This document shows, one piece after another, positions 20,393-30,676 of a stretch of 64,000 nucleotides of DNA (positions are counted from its first letter, which is position 1; each line of letters begins with the position of its first letter). This DNA is from Spirochaetia bacterium (GTDB taxonomy: Bacteria; Spirochaetota; Spirochaetia; SZUA-6; Bin103), in assembly GCA_965203055.1 (NCBI GenBank), contig OZ241863.1, positions 1,600,001 to 1,664,000 of the forward strand. The letters run 5' to 3'. Position numbers and translations under genes: made by a program. The notes under the pieces were generated by a model, which saw nothing but the letters and a program-made list of their open reading frames with translations, made no database searches and was not told the DNA's origin.

Positions 20393-22981
20393 CTAGAAGA
20401 CGTCCCCTCCCAGGGAGATGACGAACTTCCACTCCTCGAGCCGGAAGATCTCCAGCGTGTCGTCCGGGGCTTCCGGCTGGTCCGCGAAGCGGAACGTGTT
20501 GGCAAAGTACAGGCGCACGGGAAACTGCGGGATGGCGAAGCGGAAGCCCGCTCCCAGGCTGAAGCGGAACTGCGCCAGTGTGGTCCTGCCGATATCTTCC
20601 AACCGGGGCCACAGCACCGCGCCGTCGAGGAAGGTAACCGCCCACAGCACGCGCGGATCGATCGGTACCCGCACCTCAAGTGAGTTTTCCCACCGGGCGC
20701 GGCCGCCGCGAACCGGCTCCCAGCCGCGCGCCACGCGAATCCCGTCCAGCAGCAACAGGTCGGTCGCGGAATCGATGACCAGGCCGCCCTGATTCTGATA
20801 TTCCGCCGGCAACCAGAACTGAGGCAGGATCACCGCGAACCCGGAGTGGAGGGCAATGACCACCTGCAGGTCCCAGTTGGTGAACACCGGCTCCTTGAGC
20901 AGCGTCAGAAATCCATCCGCGCGGCTGTTGAGGCGTATGAAGTGACGCGCGCCGTGGAGCAGGCCGCCGGTGAGGGAAGCTCCCTGCGACAGCAGGAAGC
21001 CCTCGGACGGGTTGAGGTAGAAGTCGCGCGCGTCCCACGCCACGCCGGCGTCGAGCCGGTTGATGACCACCCAGTTTTCGCGCTCGTCGCGAATGGTCTT
21101 GTCGAACGGCCGATAGATGGCGGTGTCGTAGGTGAGGAACCTGAGCGTGGAGGAGAGGCCGCCGCTGAAGCGCACGAACCCCACCACCGTTGGAATGCTG
21201 TAGCTCGAGTTGAGCCCGAGGCTGACGTCCCATTCCGAATACTCCATGGTGTAGCGGTCGGAATCGGGCCCGGCGGCGTCCCATTCCTCCTTGCTCCGGT
21301 AGGGATCGGGCGCGGCGTTCTCCGGGTCGCTGAAGATCGGCGGCAGGATGTCCTGCAAGACGTTGCGCACCACCGAGCGCTGCACTCCCAGGTTCACGCC
21401 GCCTGACCAGCGGGCGCCCAGCAGCCACGGTTCGACGAACTCCACCGAGAGCGACTGCCTGATGGGGGACAGCTCCAGCGACGCGCCCACCGTCTGTCCG
21501 AGCCCGGCCAGATTGCGCTCGTTCCAGCGCACCGAGGCGGCCAGCGGAAAGTCGGAGCCGCCGATCGTGAGGCCGAAGTTGATGGCGGCGGTATTCTGTT
21601 CCTCGACGGTCACCACCACGTCCATCAAGCCCTCCGCGCTGCCGGCCGGCGTGTCCGGGGTGACTGCGGAGAAGTACTGGGTGTTGTAGAGGTTGCGCAG
21701 CCCTTGCAGGATCTGCGTCTTGTTGAACACGTCGCCGACCTCGAACGGCAACTCGCGCAGCAGCACGTGGTCCCTGGTCTTCTCGTTGCCGCTGAGGATG
21801 ATGTTCTCGATGTGCGCGCGGTCGGCCTCCCGAATGAGCACGCGGAAGGTAATGCTGCGCGCCTGCTCGTCGCGCTCTTCGACCAACTCGATCAGGTTGA
21901 AGATGTAACCGTTCTCGAAGTAGTGGTCCTGCACGCGGGCGAAGTCCGCGGCCACGACGTCGCGGTTGACCGGCTGGTCCGCGCGGTGGCGCAGCAGCCG
22001 CGCGAGCTCCTCGGTCGAGAACACCTCATTGCCTTCGAAGACCATGCCCCCGTAGGTGTACTGCACGCCCTCGACCACGTGCACGGTCAGCACCAGGGAG
22101 CGCCGTCGCTCATCCTCGTCCAGCCGCAGGTCGCGCTCGACCCGCTCCACCCGGGCATCCACGTACCCGTTCGAGGCGTAGTAGGACGCGATGATCTGCC
22201 GGTCCTCCTGCAGCGCAACTTCGCGAAACGCCCCGCTCTCGAACAGGGAGCGCTCCTTGGTGAGCATGCGGCCGCGGAGCGTGCTGTCGGAGGCGAACTC
22301 GTTGCCGACGAATTGGATCCGCTCCACGGACACGACGTATCCTTCGGTGATTTCCACCGTCACGTCGACCTGCGCCGCCTCCTCGTCAGCCGCGGTCACG
22401 AGGTTGACGGCCGCGTCCGGATAGCCCTTGCCGGCGTACAGCGCCAGTACCGCCGCCCGGTCGGCGTCGAGGGTCACCGGATCGAACCGGTCGCCGCGCG
22501 CCAGCGTCATCACCTCGAGGATCTCGGTGCTGCGCAGGCGGTCGTTGCCGGTTACCGTGATCGCTCCGACCACCGGACGCTCCTGCACGGTGAATTCGAT
22601 GAGCACCGTGGAGCGGTCGCCGCCGGGGGCAACGGCGTTGGACTCGAGACTGGCGAACAGATCGGTGGCGTACAGCTTTCCCTGCAGCTCCCAGAACAGG
22701 TCCAGCGTGAAGGGGCGTTCGAGATAGGGCTCGACGATCGGCCGCAGGTCGTCCGCGGCCACGTGGCGCAGGCCCAGGAACCGGATGTCGGCAATCGGCT
22801 TGGCGAGGTACCAGTCGTCGGTCTGGTCCTGGGCGCACAGCGGCGCCGCGCCGAGCAGCCCCACGAGCGCGAGCAGAACCGCGGCCGGCAGGCGGCGCGC
22901 CAGCCGGTGATCGAGGGCATGGCTCGGCCGTGCCGCCGGGCCGCGGCCGGAAGGGCTGGAGCGAGCCGTCAGTAGCTCCAC
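20393..22981 (-). CDS. bamA: Outer membrane protein assembly factor BamA (start uncertain, may be slightly downstream)
   Basis: Signal peptide, five POTRA-like repeats (e.g. GNEKTRDHVLLREL), beta-barrel ending in F. Confidence 0.93.
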   Translation of the reverse strand: MELLTARSSPSGRGPAARPSHALDHRLARRLPAAVLLALVGLLGAAPLCAQDQTDDWYLAKPIADIRFLGLRHVAADDLRPIVEPYLERPFTLDLFWELQGKLYATDLFASLESNAVAPGGDRSTVLIEFTVQERPVVGAITVTGNDRLRSTEILEVMTLARGDRFDPVTLDADRAAVLALYAGKGYPDAAVNLVTAADEEAAQVDVTVEITEGYVVSVERIQFVGNEFASDSTLRGRMLTKERSLFESGAFREVALQEDRQIIASYYASNGYVDARVERVERDLRLDEDERRRSLVLTVHVVEGVQYTYGGMVFEGNEVFSTEELARLLRHRADQPVNRDVVAADFARVQDHYFENGYIFNLIELVEERDEQARSITFRVLIREADRAHIENIILSGNEKTRDHVLLRELPFEVGDVFNKTQILQGLRNLYNTQYFSAVTPDTPAGSAEGLMDVVVTVEEQNTAAINFGLTIGGSDFPLAASVRWNERNLAGLGQTVGASLELSPIRQSLSVEFVEPWLLGARWSGGVNLGVQRSVVRNVLQDILPPIFSDPENAAPDPYRSKEEWDAAGPDSDRYTMEYSEWDVSLGLNSSYSIPTVVGFVRFSGGLSSTLRFLTYDTAIYRPFDKTIRDERENWVVINRLDAGVAWDARDFYLNPSEGFLLSQGASLTGGLLHGARHFIRLNSRADGFLTLLKEPVFTNWDLQVVIALHSGFAVILPQFWLPAEYQNQGGLVIDSATDLLLLDGIRVARGWEPVRGGRARWENSLEVRVPIDPRVLWAVTFLDGAVLWPRLEDIGRTTLAQFRFSLGAGFRFAIPQFPVRLYFANTFRFADQPEAPDDTLEIFRLEEWKFVISLGGDVF

Positions 22982-25900
22982 CTCCAGCGCAGGGAGATCG
23001 TGTTATCGGTGACAAACAAGGTGTTCAGATTACGCGGCAGAAACGACCACTCAAGCATAAAGAAAGGGGTGGCCCACTCCAAGCCCAGCTCGACGTCCGA
23101 GAGCAGCGGCAGATCATCGCCGGGCTGGCCGTCCGGAGCGTCGAGTCGGAGCAGCATGGTAAGGAACAGGTCACTGCCCAGATACTTTCCGAAAGAGAGG
23201 GAGGTGTTGTCAAGCGGATTGCCGGTGCCGGGCACGACTCCGCCGGAGACCGAGGCGCCGAACACGTCCTGCACCAGGGTCTGCACGAATTGCGAGCGGA
23301 TGCTGACCATGTCGACTCCCAGCGCCTCCCGCAACGCCCGTTCCACCGGGCGCAACAATGCCATCTGGGTCATCAGCTCGCCGGAGAACGCCGCGGCCGA
23401 CAGGCCCGCCGCCCCGCCGTCGTTCGGCCGGTCGCCCTGCGCCAGCGGGCCGCGCACCAGCGTATCCAGGACCAGCGCGCTCTGGGGAGGATCGGATGAC
23501 AGCCGCACCGTGTCCGGGCCGAACCGACTGAGGGTGGTGTCGGCCTGCAGGATGATGCGTACCGGGTCGCCCTGGGCATCGCGCTCCCGCGTCTCGGCTC
23601 GAACCACCAGGCGCGGGTCGAGCGGGCCCTCCTCCCCGGCGAAGCGGATCTGCCCTTCGCGCAGCAGGAACTGGCGGTCGAAGTAGAACAGGTCGCCGCC
23701 GCGCGCCGTCAGTTCCCCCTGCACGGAAACGCTGCGGGACTGTCCGTCATAGCCGATGCGCACCGACTCGGACGGCGCCAATTGCAGCCGCAGCACCGGG
23801 AACTGGGGAACGGGCCAGGTGAATTCCACGCCGCGGCCGGTGACCACGTCAAGATCCACGAGCAACTGCTCCTGGCGGGAGGCCGGTTCGGTCTCGACCA
23901 GCGAGAGCTCCGCGTTGCCCGCCTGCAGCTCGCCGTCGACCATTACCGTGCCCGAGTCACCCGTGACCGACAGGGTGCCGGACGCGGTACCGTTGAACAG
24001 CAGCGGCCCGAACTGGTAGTTGATCGGCACCCCGCCGGCGCTGGTCAGCTCCAACGCGAAGACCGCCGGCACCCAGCGCTCCACGCTGGCCGTGCCGCGC
24101 ACCGCGACGGGCAGCGCAGCCGGCCCCTCCGCAGCGAATCCGGCGAGCGCCACGCGCTTCTCGTCGAGGGTGATCGCAGCCCTGAACGGGCCTACCGGGC
24201 GCGGTGAGAACGGCGACGCCACCACGCCGCCGGCAAGCCGGAACTCGCCCCAGAAGTCGGGGTCATTGATCGGCCCCGCCACGCGCGCGCGGCCCGAGGC
24301 GGTGCCGGCCTGGAAGGAGACCGGAAGCTGGCCCAGGAGCTCGTTGATGGTCCGCGCGTCGGCGTCTTCGATCTCCAGCGCAGCGCTGACGTGGCCGCCG
24401 CTCACGGTGCCGCTGGCGCTGCCGTGCACCGGATAGCGCCCCCGCTGCACCTGCAGCGAGAAGCTGCCGCCGGTCGACACGGAGCCGGCAAACGCGTCGC
24501 GCGGCCCTCCTTCGAAGCGGATCAGCAGGTCCTCGCCGGCCGCGGCCGCGCTGTCGGCCGCGGGGTCGGCGGCGCCGGCCGGCTCCCCGGTGACGCGCTG
24601 CGCGGCCAGCCGCAGTTGCCACGGATCGAGGGGCTCGCCGGCGACGCGGACGCGCTCGACGCTCAGTTGCCCGGTAACGCCGGCGGCGAGGGCGGCGCGC
24701 AGGCCGCCGCCGGCGCCCGCCTGCAGATCGCGGGAGTCGAGCTGCAGCCGCGCCGTTACCGGATCACCGAAGTACTCGGCGGAGTAGTCGGCGGCGAACT
24801 CCAGGAGCCCGCTCTCCGGCCGGTACGCCGCGCTGCCGTTGCGCAGCCGGTGGCTGAGGAGATCGAACGTCAGGCCGCGCACCGCCAAGCCGTCGGCGGA
24901 GCGCTCGACCGCGCCCGTCAGGGAAACGCGCTCGTCGTTGAGGCGGCCATCGCGCAGTTCCACCGCCGCCTGCCACGCAACCTCCTGCCATGGACCGGAG
25001 GCCCGCACGTCGGCATGCACGTTGCCGCTGAACGGGAATTGGCCCAGCCGCGGCAACGGCATGCCGCGCAGCTCCGCGGCCGCGTCCACCCTGCCCCCGG
25101 CCAGCTCCAGGGTCGCCGCGTAGCTTTCGCCGTTGTCGGCATCGGCCACCGCAAGCTGCGCCTCGACCGCGTCGGAGCCGGCGGTGAACACGATGCTGCC
25201 GCGCCCGCGCAGCTCCGAGAATCGATCGCGCACCAGCACCGGCTCCAGTTCGACGACGCCCGATTCCGCCTGCACTCCGGCCTCGAGCTGCAGGTCGGGC
25301 CGGTCCGGCAGCGGCAGCCGGTGCAACGTGACCGCGTCGCTGCGCAGCGACCAGTCGTCCGGCCCGGCGAACCTTCCCCGGAAGGCAAAGGTCGCTTCTA
25401 GCGGAGCCGCGGCAAACGGCAGTGGTACCGGCAGCCGGACCGCGGAACCGCGCACGGTGAGCGCGCGAGCGTCGTATTCGGCGGCGAGCTCCAGTTCATG
25501 GCTGCCGGCGGCGGTGAGTCCGCGTCCCGGCGTATGGGTCAGCCGCACCTCGTAGGGAACGTCGTCGATCGATAACTCGGCGGCCAGGTCGACCGCTTCG
25601 TCGCCGCGGGTCACCAGCGCTTGGCCGCGCACCTCCAGCCCCAGCCACTCGGCGGCCGCCGCCTCCAGCCGCAGGCCGCGTTCATTGGCGGTCAGGCTGA
25701 ACTGGAGCCGGTTGCCGGGGTCCGCGGCGTCGCGCATCCGCACCACCGGAGCGCGGACCGCGGCGGTCTCGAAGTCGGTGACGGAATCCATGGAGCCGCT
25801 CATGAGCAGCGGCTCGAGCGCATCGGCAATCCACGGCCGGCGCGTGGCGGGCGGCGTAACGAGTCGATACAGCAGGCCGGCGTTGATGGATTCGAAGCTG

Positions 25901-27399
25901 GCCGCCAGTTCCAGCCGCCGGGGGCCGCCGAGCGCCACCGAACCGTCGCCGTCGATGAAGTTGGCGGCCTCCTGCTGCAGCTCGGCGCGAACCTCATAGC
26001 GGTAGGTCAGCGGCGCGGCGGTGGTGGGGCGCAGGTCGACGTCGAAGCGCCGGAACACCGTGTCTTCCAGCGCCAGCCGTTCGCTGCGCAGCGCCATGGC
26101 GCCATCCGCGCCGCGGGTGAGCGACGCCTGGGCGTGCAACTTCTCGCCGGGCCGCACCTGCAGCGAGCGGATGACCAGTTCCCCCTGCGGAACCAGGGTG
26201 TCCAGCACCACGTCGCCGGCAAACTCCAGACCGCCCTCGGCGGTTTCGAGCGTCAACCGCGACACCTCCACGCGGGCGCCGTCGCCGCGCGCCGTCAAGG
26301 CCGCCGCGGCGGGCGGAGTATCGGCCCCGGCGGCGACGTGGCCGCTGAGCTTGGCCTCGTACCGCATCCCGGCGGCCGGGTCGTGAGACCAGCGGGCGGT
26401 ACCGCTGACCGTGGTTCCCGGCAGCAGCCGCACCAGCGGGTGCCGTTCCGCGAACTCCGCGACGTCAGCCAGGTTCAGCCCCGTAGCAGCCACCGCAAGC
26501 TCGCTGCGGCCGCTGCCCGGGCGGTGCGAAAACGAGAGCTCGAGCGGGAGCCGATCCTCGAGCCTGACTACCTGCCACTCATCCTCGAGCAGGGACACCT
26601 GCAGCTCCTGGGGCGCAACCCGGACCTGGGCCGAGGCCAGCTCGTTCAGGCGAACCGTCAGCGCGGCGCGGCTCAGGTCGTCGTCGGCGCTGCCGCTGAT
26701 GCGAAAGTCGGCCGCCAGATACTGGCCGGCGCCGAGCGCGCCGAGCGCCGCGGCGGGGGGCGCCGCGCGGGCGCGGCCGCGCGCGGTGAGCTGCAGCTCG
26801 GCGCCCGCCTGCACGCGGAAGAACAGATCTTCCACCTCCAGGCGAAACCCCAAGCCGCGCAGCGTCACGCCCAGGTTGGCGCCGGCGAGGGTCACCGGCG
26901 GCACCACCACACCGCCGGCGGCGGCGGGACCGCGCGTGCCGCCCACTACCAGACCGAGCTCCCGCAACACCTGGACCAGCTCCTGGTCGCGGGTGAGGTC
27001 CACCACGACGTGCGAGTTCGCAAGTTGCACCTCGCGCAGCGAGGCGATCGGGTCGCGACTGGCGATGAGGCGCGCCAGGCTGTAGCGCAGGCGCAGCCGG
27101 CGGATCGAGACCACCGGCTGGTCCGGCGCTTCGCCGCTGTAGATGGTGAGATCGCGGATCTCCAGGGCGCGCAGCAGCGACGGCGCTATGGCCCCATAGC
27201 TGAAGTTGCGGTTCAACAGCTTGAACAGCGCGCCGATCGCTTCCTCCCGCCGGGCGATGACGTGGCGCTCCATCATCTCGCCGAGGGACCGCAGCCCCCA
27301 TACCGCGGCGCCGATGATGAGGACCAGCAGCGCCAGCTCCAGAATCGACGGCCTCCAGCGGGCGCGGGAACGGCGCGCTGTCAGCCTGGGGCCAATCAA
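22969..27399 (-). CDS. tamB: TamB/AsmA-like translocation-assembly protein (DUF490-like C-terminus)
   Basis: N-terminal TM anchor, about 1470 aa of beta-rich sequence, C-terminal LSFGKYLGSDLF..LEWATPFFMLEW. Immediately upstream of bamA as in spirochaetes. Confidence 0.82.
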   Translation of the reverse strand: MIGPRLTARRSRARWRPSILELALLVLIIGAAVWGLRSLGEMMERHVIARREEAIGALFKLLNRNFSYGAIAPSLLRALEIRDLTIYSGEAPDQPVVSIRRLRLRYSLARLIASRDPIASLREVQLANSHVVVDLTRDQELVQVLRELGLVVGGTRGPAAAGGVVVPPVTLAGANLGVTLRGLGFRLEVEDLFFRVQAGAELQLTARGRARAAPPAAALGALGAGQYLAADFRISGSADDDLSRAALTVRLNELASAQVRVAPQELQVSLLEDEWQVVRLEDRLPLELSFSHRPGSGRSELAVAATGLNLADVAEFAERHPLVRLLPGTTVSGTARWSHDPAAGMRYEAKLSGHVAAGADTPPAAAALTARGDGARVEVSRLTLETAEGGLEFAGDVVLDTLVPQGELVIRSLQVRPGEKLHAQASLTRGADGAMALRSERLALEDTVFRRFDVDLRPTTAAPLTYRYEVRAELQQEAANFIDGDGSVALGGPRRLELAASFESINAGLLYRLVTPPATRRPWIADALEPLLMSGSMDSVTDFETAAVRAPVVRMRDAADPGNRLQFSLTANERGLRLEAAAAEWLGLEVRGQALVTRGDEAVDLAAELSIDDVPYEVRLTHTPGRGLTAAGSHELELAAEYDARALTVRGSAVRLPVPLPFAAAPLEATFAFRGRFAGPDDWSLRSDAVTLHRLPLPDRPDLQLEAGVQAESGVVELEPVLVRDRFSELRGRGSIVFTAGSDAVEAQLAVADADNGESYAATLELAGGRVDAAAELRGMPLPRLGQFPFSGNVHADVRASGPWQEVAWQAAVELRDGRLNDERVSLTGAVERSADGLAVRGLTFDLLSHRLRNGSAAYRPESGLLEFAADYSAEYFGDPVTARLQLDSRDLQAGAGGGLRAALAAGVTGQLSVERVRVAGEPLDPWQLRLAAQRVTGEPAGAADPAADSAAAAGEDLLIRFEGGPRDAFAGSVSTGGSFSLQVQRGRYPVHGSASGTVSGGHVSAALEIEDADARTINELLGQLPVSFQAGTASGRARVAGPINDPDFWGEFRLAGGVVASPFSPRPVGPFRAAITLDEKRVALAGFAAEGPAALPVAVRGTASVERWVPAVFALELTSAGGVPINYQFGPLLFNGTASGTLSVTGDSGTVMVDGELQAGNAELSLVETEPASRQEQLLVDLDVVTGRGVEFTWPVPQFPVLRLQLAPSESVRIGYDGQSRSVSVQGELTARGGDLFYFDRQFLLREGQIRFAGEEGPLDPRLVVRAETRERDAQGDPVRIILQADTTLSRFGPDTVRLSSDPPQSALVLDTLVRGPLAQGDRPNDGGAAGLSAAAFSGELMTQMALLRPVERALREALGVDMVSIRSQFVQTLVQDVFGASVSGGVVPGTGNPLDNTSLSFGKYLGSDLFLTMLLRLDAPDGQPGDDLPLLSDVELGLEWATPFFMLEWSFLPRNLNTLFVTDNTISLRWRWSY

Positions 27400-28109
27400 A
27401 AACCGCGCTCCAGACGGTAGCTGATGCGAATCGTGCCGGTTACCGTACGCTCGGCGGCGAACAGAATCCGGCGCAGCGCCTGCTGCGCCTCGGCGTCGAC
27501 CGTCGAGAAGCCGGAACTGCGCAGCACCTCCGCGCCGATCACCCGGCCGTCGTCCGCCACCGTCAAGCGCACTTCGACTTCCGCCTCCACGCCGCGGGTG
27601 ATCAACTCCGCGGGGTAGGGCAAGTCGATCTCGTGCCGGGGCTCCGGGAGTCCGGCGGATGACACGCGCGGCTGCGGCGGCCGCGGCGCGGAGACGCGGT
27701 CCGGTACCGGGGTGGGCGGTGCGCCGGCCGGCTGCGCGATCACTGCCAACGCCGCGGCCAGCGCTGCGGCGGGCCGCGGCGGGCTGCCGCGGTGCGCTGC
27801 CGCGCGGCCCGCCTCCGGGCGGCTCGCCACCGGCGTCTGAGCCGGCCGCGCACGGGGAGCGGCCGCGCCCGCGACCGGGTTCGGCCGCGCCGCGCCGGCC
27901 GCACTGGTTGCCGCAACCGCTGCCGGAACGGCCGGTTGCGCCGCGGCGGTGTTCGCCGCCGGCCCGCGGTCCGGCTGCGCCAGGGTCAGCCGCAACGCGG
28001 CGGCGCGCGGCTCCGCGGCGGGCTGCCGTACCAGCAGGAGCACCGCCAGCAGCAGCAGATGAAACCCCAGGCTGACTGCCAGGGCCTGGGACTCGCGGGC
28101 CGCGGTCAT
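27396..28109 (-). CDS. tonB: TonB family energy transducer
   Basis: TM with SLGFHLLLL (SxxxH), Pro/Ala linker, C-terminal YPAELITRGVEAEVEVRLTV..SSGFSTVDAEA. Start ATG 28109. Confidence 0.85.
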   Translation of the reverse strand: MTAARESQALAVSLGFHLLLLAVLLLVRQPAAEPRAAALRLTLAQPDRGPAANTAAAQPAVPAAVAATSAAGAARPNPVAGAAAPRARPAQTPVASRPEAGRAAAHRGSPPRPAAALAAALAVIAQPAGAPPTPVPDRVSAPRPPQPRVSSAGLPEPRHEIDLPYPAELITRGVEAEVEVRLTVADDGRVIGAEVLRSSGFSTVDAEAQQALRRILFAAERTVTGTIRISYRLERGF

Positions 28110-28531
28110 GGCGGCGCCGGGGAGCTTGCCGTGACGAGGTGGAGATCGGTGATCCCGGCGCCGCGGAGTACGTCCATTACCGCTACCAGGCGGCCGTACT
28201 GCGCGCCGGCGGCGCCGCGCAGCACGACGCGGGAGGCTGCGGCCGCCGCCGGCGCGGCCAGCGCGCGGCGGAACTGGTCGAGCGTCAGCGCCGCCGCGGC
28301 CTCCCCTTCGAGATAGATGTTGCCGGCGGCATCGACGGTGATGACCAGCGCCGCGCCGGCGGCCGGGTCCGCGGCCGCCGCGCGCGGGAGCTGCACCGGA
28401 ATGGTCGAGTGCGCGGCGAACGCGGCGTTCACCATGAAGAAGACGACGATGAGGAACACCATGTCGATGAGCGGGGTAAGGGGGAGCGCCGCCCCGGTGC
28501 TCAACGAGCTGCGGTAGTACTGCCGGTCCAC
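28106..28531 (-). CDS. exbD: ExbD/TolR biopolymer transport protein
   Basis: LTPLIDMVFLIVVFFMV, VQLPRA, YGRLVAVMDVLRGAG. Confidence 0.93.
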   Translation of the reverse strand: MDRQYYRSSLSTGAALPLTPLIDMVFLIVVFFMVNAAFAAHSTIPVQLPRAAAADPAAGAALVITVDAAGNIYLEGEAAAALTLDQFRRALAAPAAAAASRVVLRGAAGAQYGRLVAVMDVLRGAGITDLHLVTASSPAPP

Positions 28532-28614
28532 CGATCATTCCCCGCCGTGCGCGGCGCGGCTAGCGTCATGATACTCGTAGATGATACCCTGTTTCGGGCG
28601 CCCGAACGGAGTGG

Positions 28615-29223
28615 TCAGTCGCGCGCGGCAAAGTATGCGGTCAACTCGCTTACGGCGATGTTGAGACGGGCGACGGTACGCTGCACGTGGGTGACGAACA
28701 GGTGATGGAACAGCGCGCTCGGTATCGCCACGGCAAGGCCGGCCGCGGTGGTGATCAACGCCTGGGCGATGCCGCCGGACAGGATGGTCAGGTCGGCGCT
28801 GCCGGCGTTGCGCATGTTGACGAACGCCGCGATCATGCCGACTACGGTGCCCAGCAGCCCCAGGAGCGTGGCGATGTTGGCGATTCCCTGCAGGTAGGAC
28901 ACGTGACGTTCCAGCGCCGCGATCTCCCGCAACACCACGTAGTCGAGGCGGTGCCGGTGGTCCGGGCGGGTGAGGCGGGGGCCGCTGCCGAGGGCGGCGG
29001 CGATCACGCGCGCTTCGGGGGAACGGGCGCCGGCCAACTCCGCGGCAAGTTCGCGCGCCGGGGTGCGCGGGAGCCGCGCTACCACCGCCGCGGCGAGTTC
29101 CGGTTCCCGGCTGCGCTGCTGCCAGTAGTACAGCGCGCGCTCCACGATCACGAACACCGCGGCCACTGACAGCAGCGCGATGGGCGCCAGCAGGAACCCG
29201 CCCTGGAGCAGCAGCGCCATCAT
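28615..29223 (-). CDS. exbB: MotA/TolQ/ExbB proton channel
   Basis: IATLLGLLGTVVGMI, GIAQALITTAAGLAVAIP. Start ATG 29223 overlaps the upstream stop. Confidence 0.93.
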   Translation of the reverse strand: MMALLLQGGFLLAPIALLSVAAVFVIVERALYYWQQRSREPELAAAVVARLPRTPARELAAELAGARSPEARVIAAALGSGPRLTRPDHRHRLDYVVLREIAALERHVSYLQGIANIATLLGLLGTVVGMIAAFVNMRNAGSADLTILSGGIAQALITTAAGLAVAIPSALFHHLFVTHVQRTVARLNIAVSELTAYFAARD

Positions 29224-30640
29224 CGGGGCGCCGCCAGACGCACCACGCGGTGGGCGTACTCGACTCCCGCGAACAGCGAGAAATAGTCCTCGCGGGCGGC
29301 CTCCCGTATTCCGCCAAGGAGCTGCACCTGATGTCCGTGGACCGGCGCCCAGCGCACCCCTGCGGCGGCCGCCAGCCCGAGACTTGCGGACTCGCCGGCG
29401 AGCCAATCCTCCACGCCGTAGAGCGGCGCCTGCAGGAACTCCGCCTGCAGCAGCAGGGCAACGGACGGTTCCGCCAGGACAGGCCACACCGCATCGAGCA
29501 GCAGCCGCACGGCCGGCGCCGGCCACGTCCCCGCCCCTCCGGCGGCGACGCGCAGCGTCAAGTCGCCGGCCCGACTGCGGAGCAGCGCCGCCTCCCACTC
29601 CAGGGCCAGCAGGAGCAGCACTACGTCGTCGGGCAGCCGGTCCACGGCGCGGCGGTGAAACCGGTGGATCAGGCCGTGCGCCACCCCGAAGCGCAGCTCC
29701 AGGCTGCGGTAGTTGCCGCCCAACCACGCCAGCCAGGCGCGCTCCGGAGCCAGATCCAGGTAATCGTCCTCCCTGAACACCACGTTCGCTGCCCAGCGCG
29801 GCACCTGCAGGTAGGGGCGCAGCCCGGCTTCGAACCGCCACTCCGGCGCCGGGGTCAACGTGATCCGCCCGGCGGGCAACGGATACGCCGCGCCGGCCTG
29901 CAGCGTCACCGCCCCGCCGACGGCCAGGTCCAGGCCGGCAAGCAGTTGCCCCACGTCGAACTGCGCCGCCAGGGAAGCGCTGGAGCCGCGGCGCCAGCGG
30001 GCGTAGGTGAGCGCCGCATCGCCGGCGCCTTGCGCCGTCAGCGCGGCGTGCGCGGCCTGCGTCTGGTCGAGGAATTCGGCGAACGTCAGGTCCAGTCCGA
30101 GCTGATACCCGGGCGTCCGCAACCGGCCCCGGGCGGAGATCCGCTCCGGCCGTTCTCTGCTGAACCGTTCTCTTCTGATCGGTACGGTGGCGGCCACCTC
30201 CAGCGCCGCCTCCCGTCCCGGAGAGCCGGTTGCCAACCGCAGGGCGGCGCCCACCGCGTGCGTGTGAACCACCGGGTCCAGCGCCGCGCTCACCGCCAGG
30301 TCGCTGGTGCGCTCCACGGCGCGCGGCGCGCGCGCGCGCTGCAGGACCACCGCCGGAGGGGGCGCCGCGGCGAACCCGGACGCGGGCGTGAGCGGGGTCT
30401 GCCGCGCCGCGGCGCGGGCGCCGGCCGGCGGCGGCAGCGGAACTGCGGAGTCCGCGGGCGCCGGCCCCAGCGGCGGCAGCAGAATCAGGGGGTCCTCGGC
30501 CGTGACGGTGATCTCGGGGACCACCATCTCCGCAGCCGGGCCGGAATCCTGGGCCGGCGCCGGCCCCGCCGGCAGCGCGGCAACGACCGCGCCCAGCAGC
30601 GCGAGGCGGACCCCGGGCCGCCGGCCAGGGGCCGCGGCAA
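29220..30640 (-). CDS. Putative outer-membrane beta-barrel protein with TonB-box-like motif (start unresolved)
   Basis: Signal-peptide-like RRPGVRLALLGAVVAALPAGPAPA-Q, then EITVTAE, a Pro-rich linker and amphipathic beta strands (e.g. SLFAGVEY). First in-frame ATG in the gap is 30527, downstream of the signal peptide. Confidence 0.55.
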
Positions 30641-30676
30641 CATGGTCAACGTGGTATACACTGGGCCGGCGCAGAG

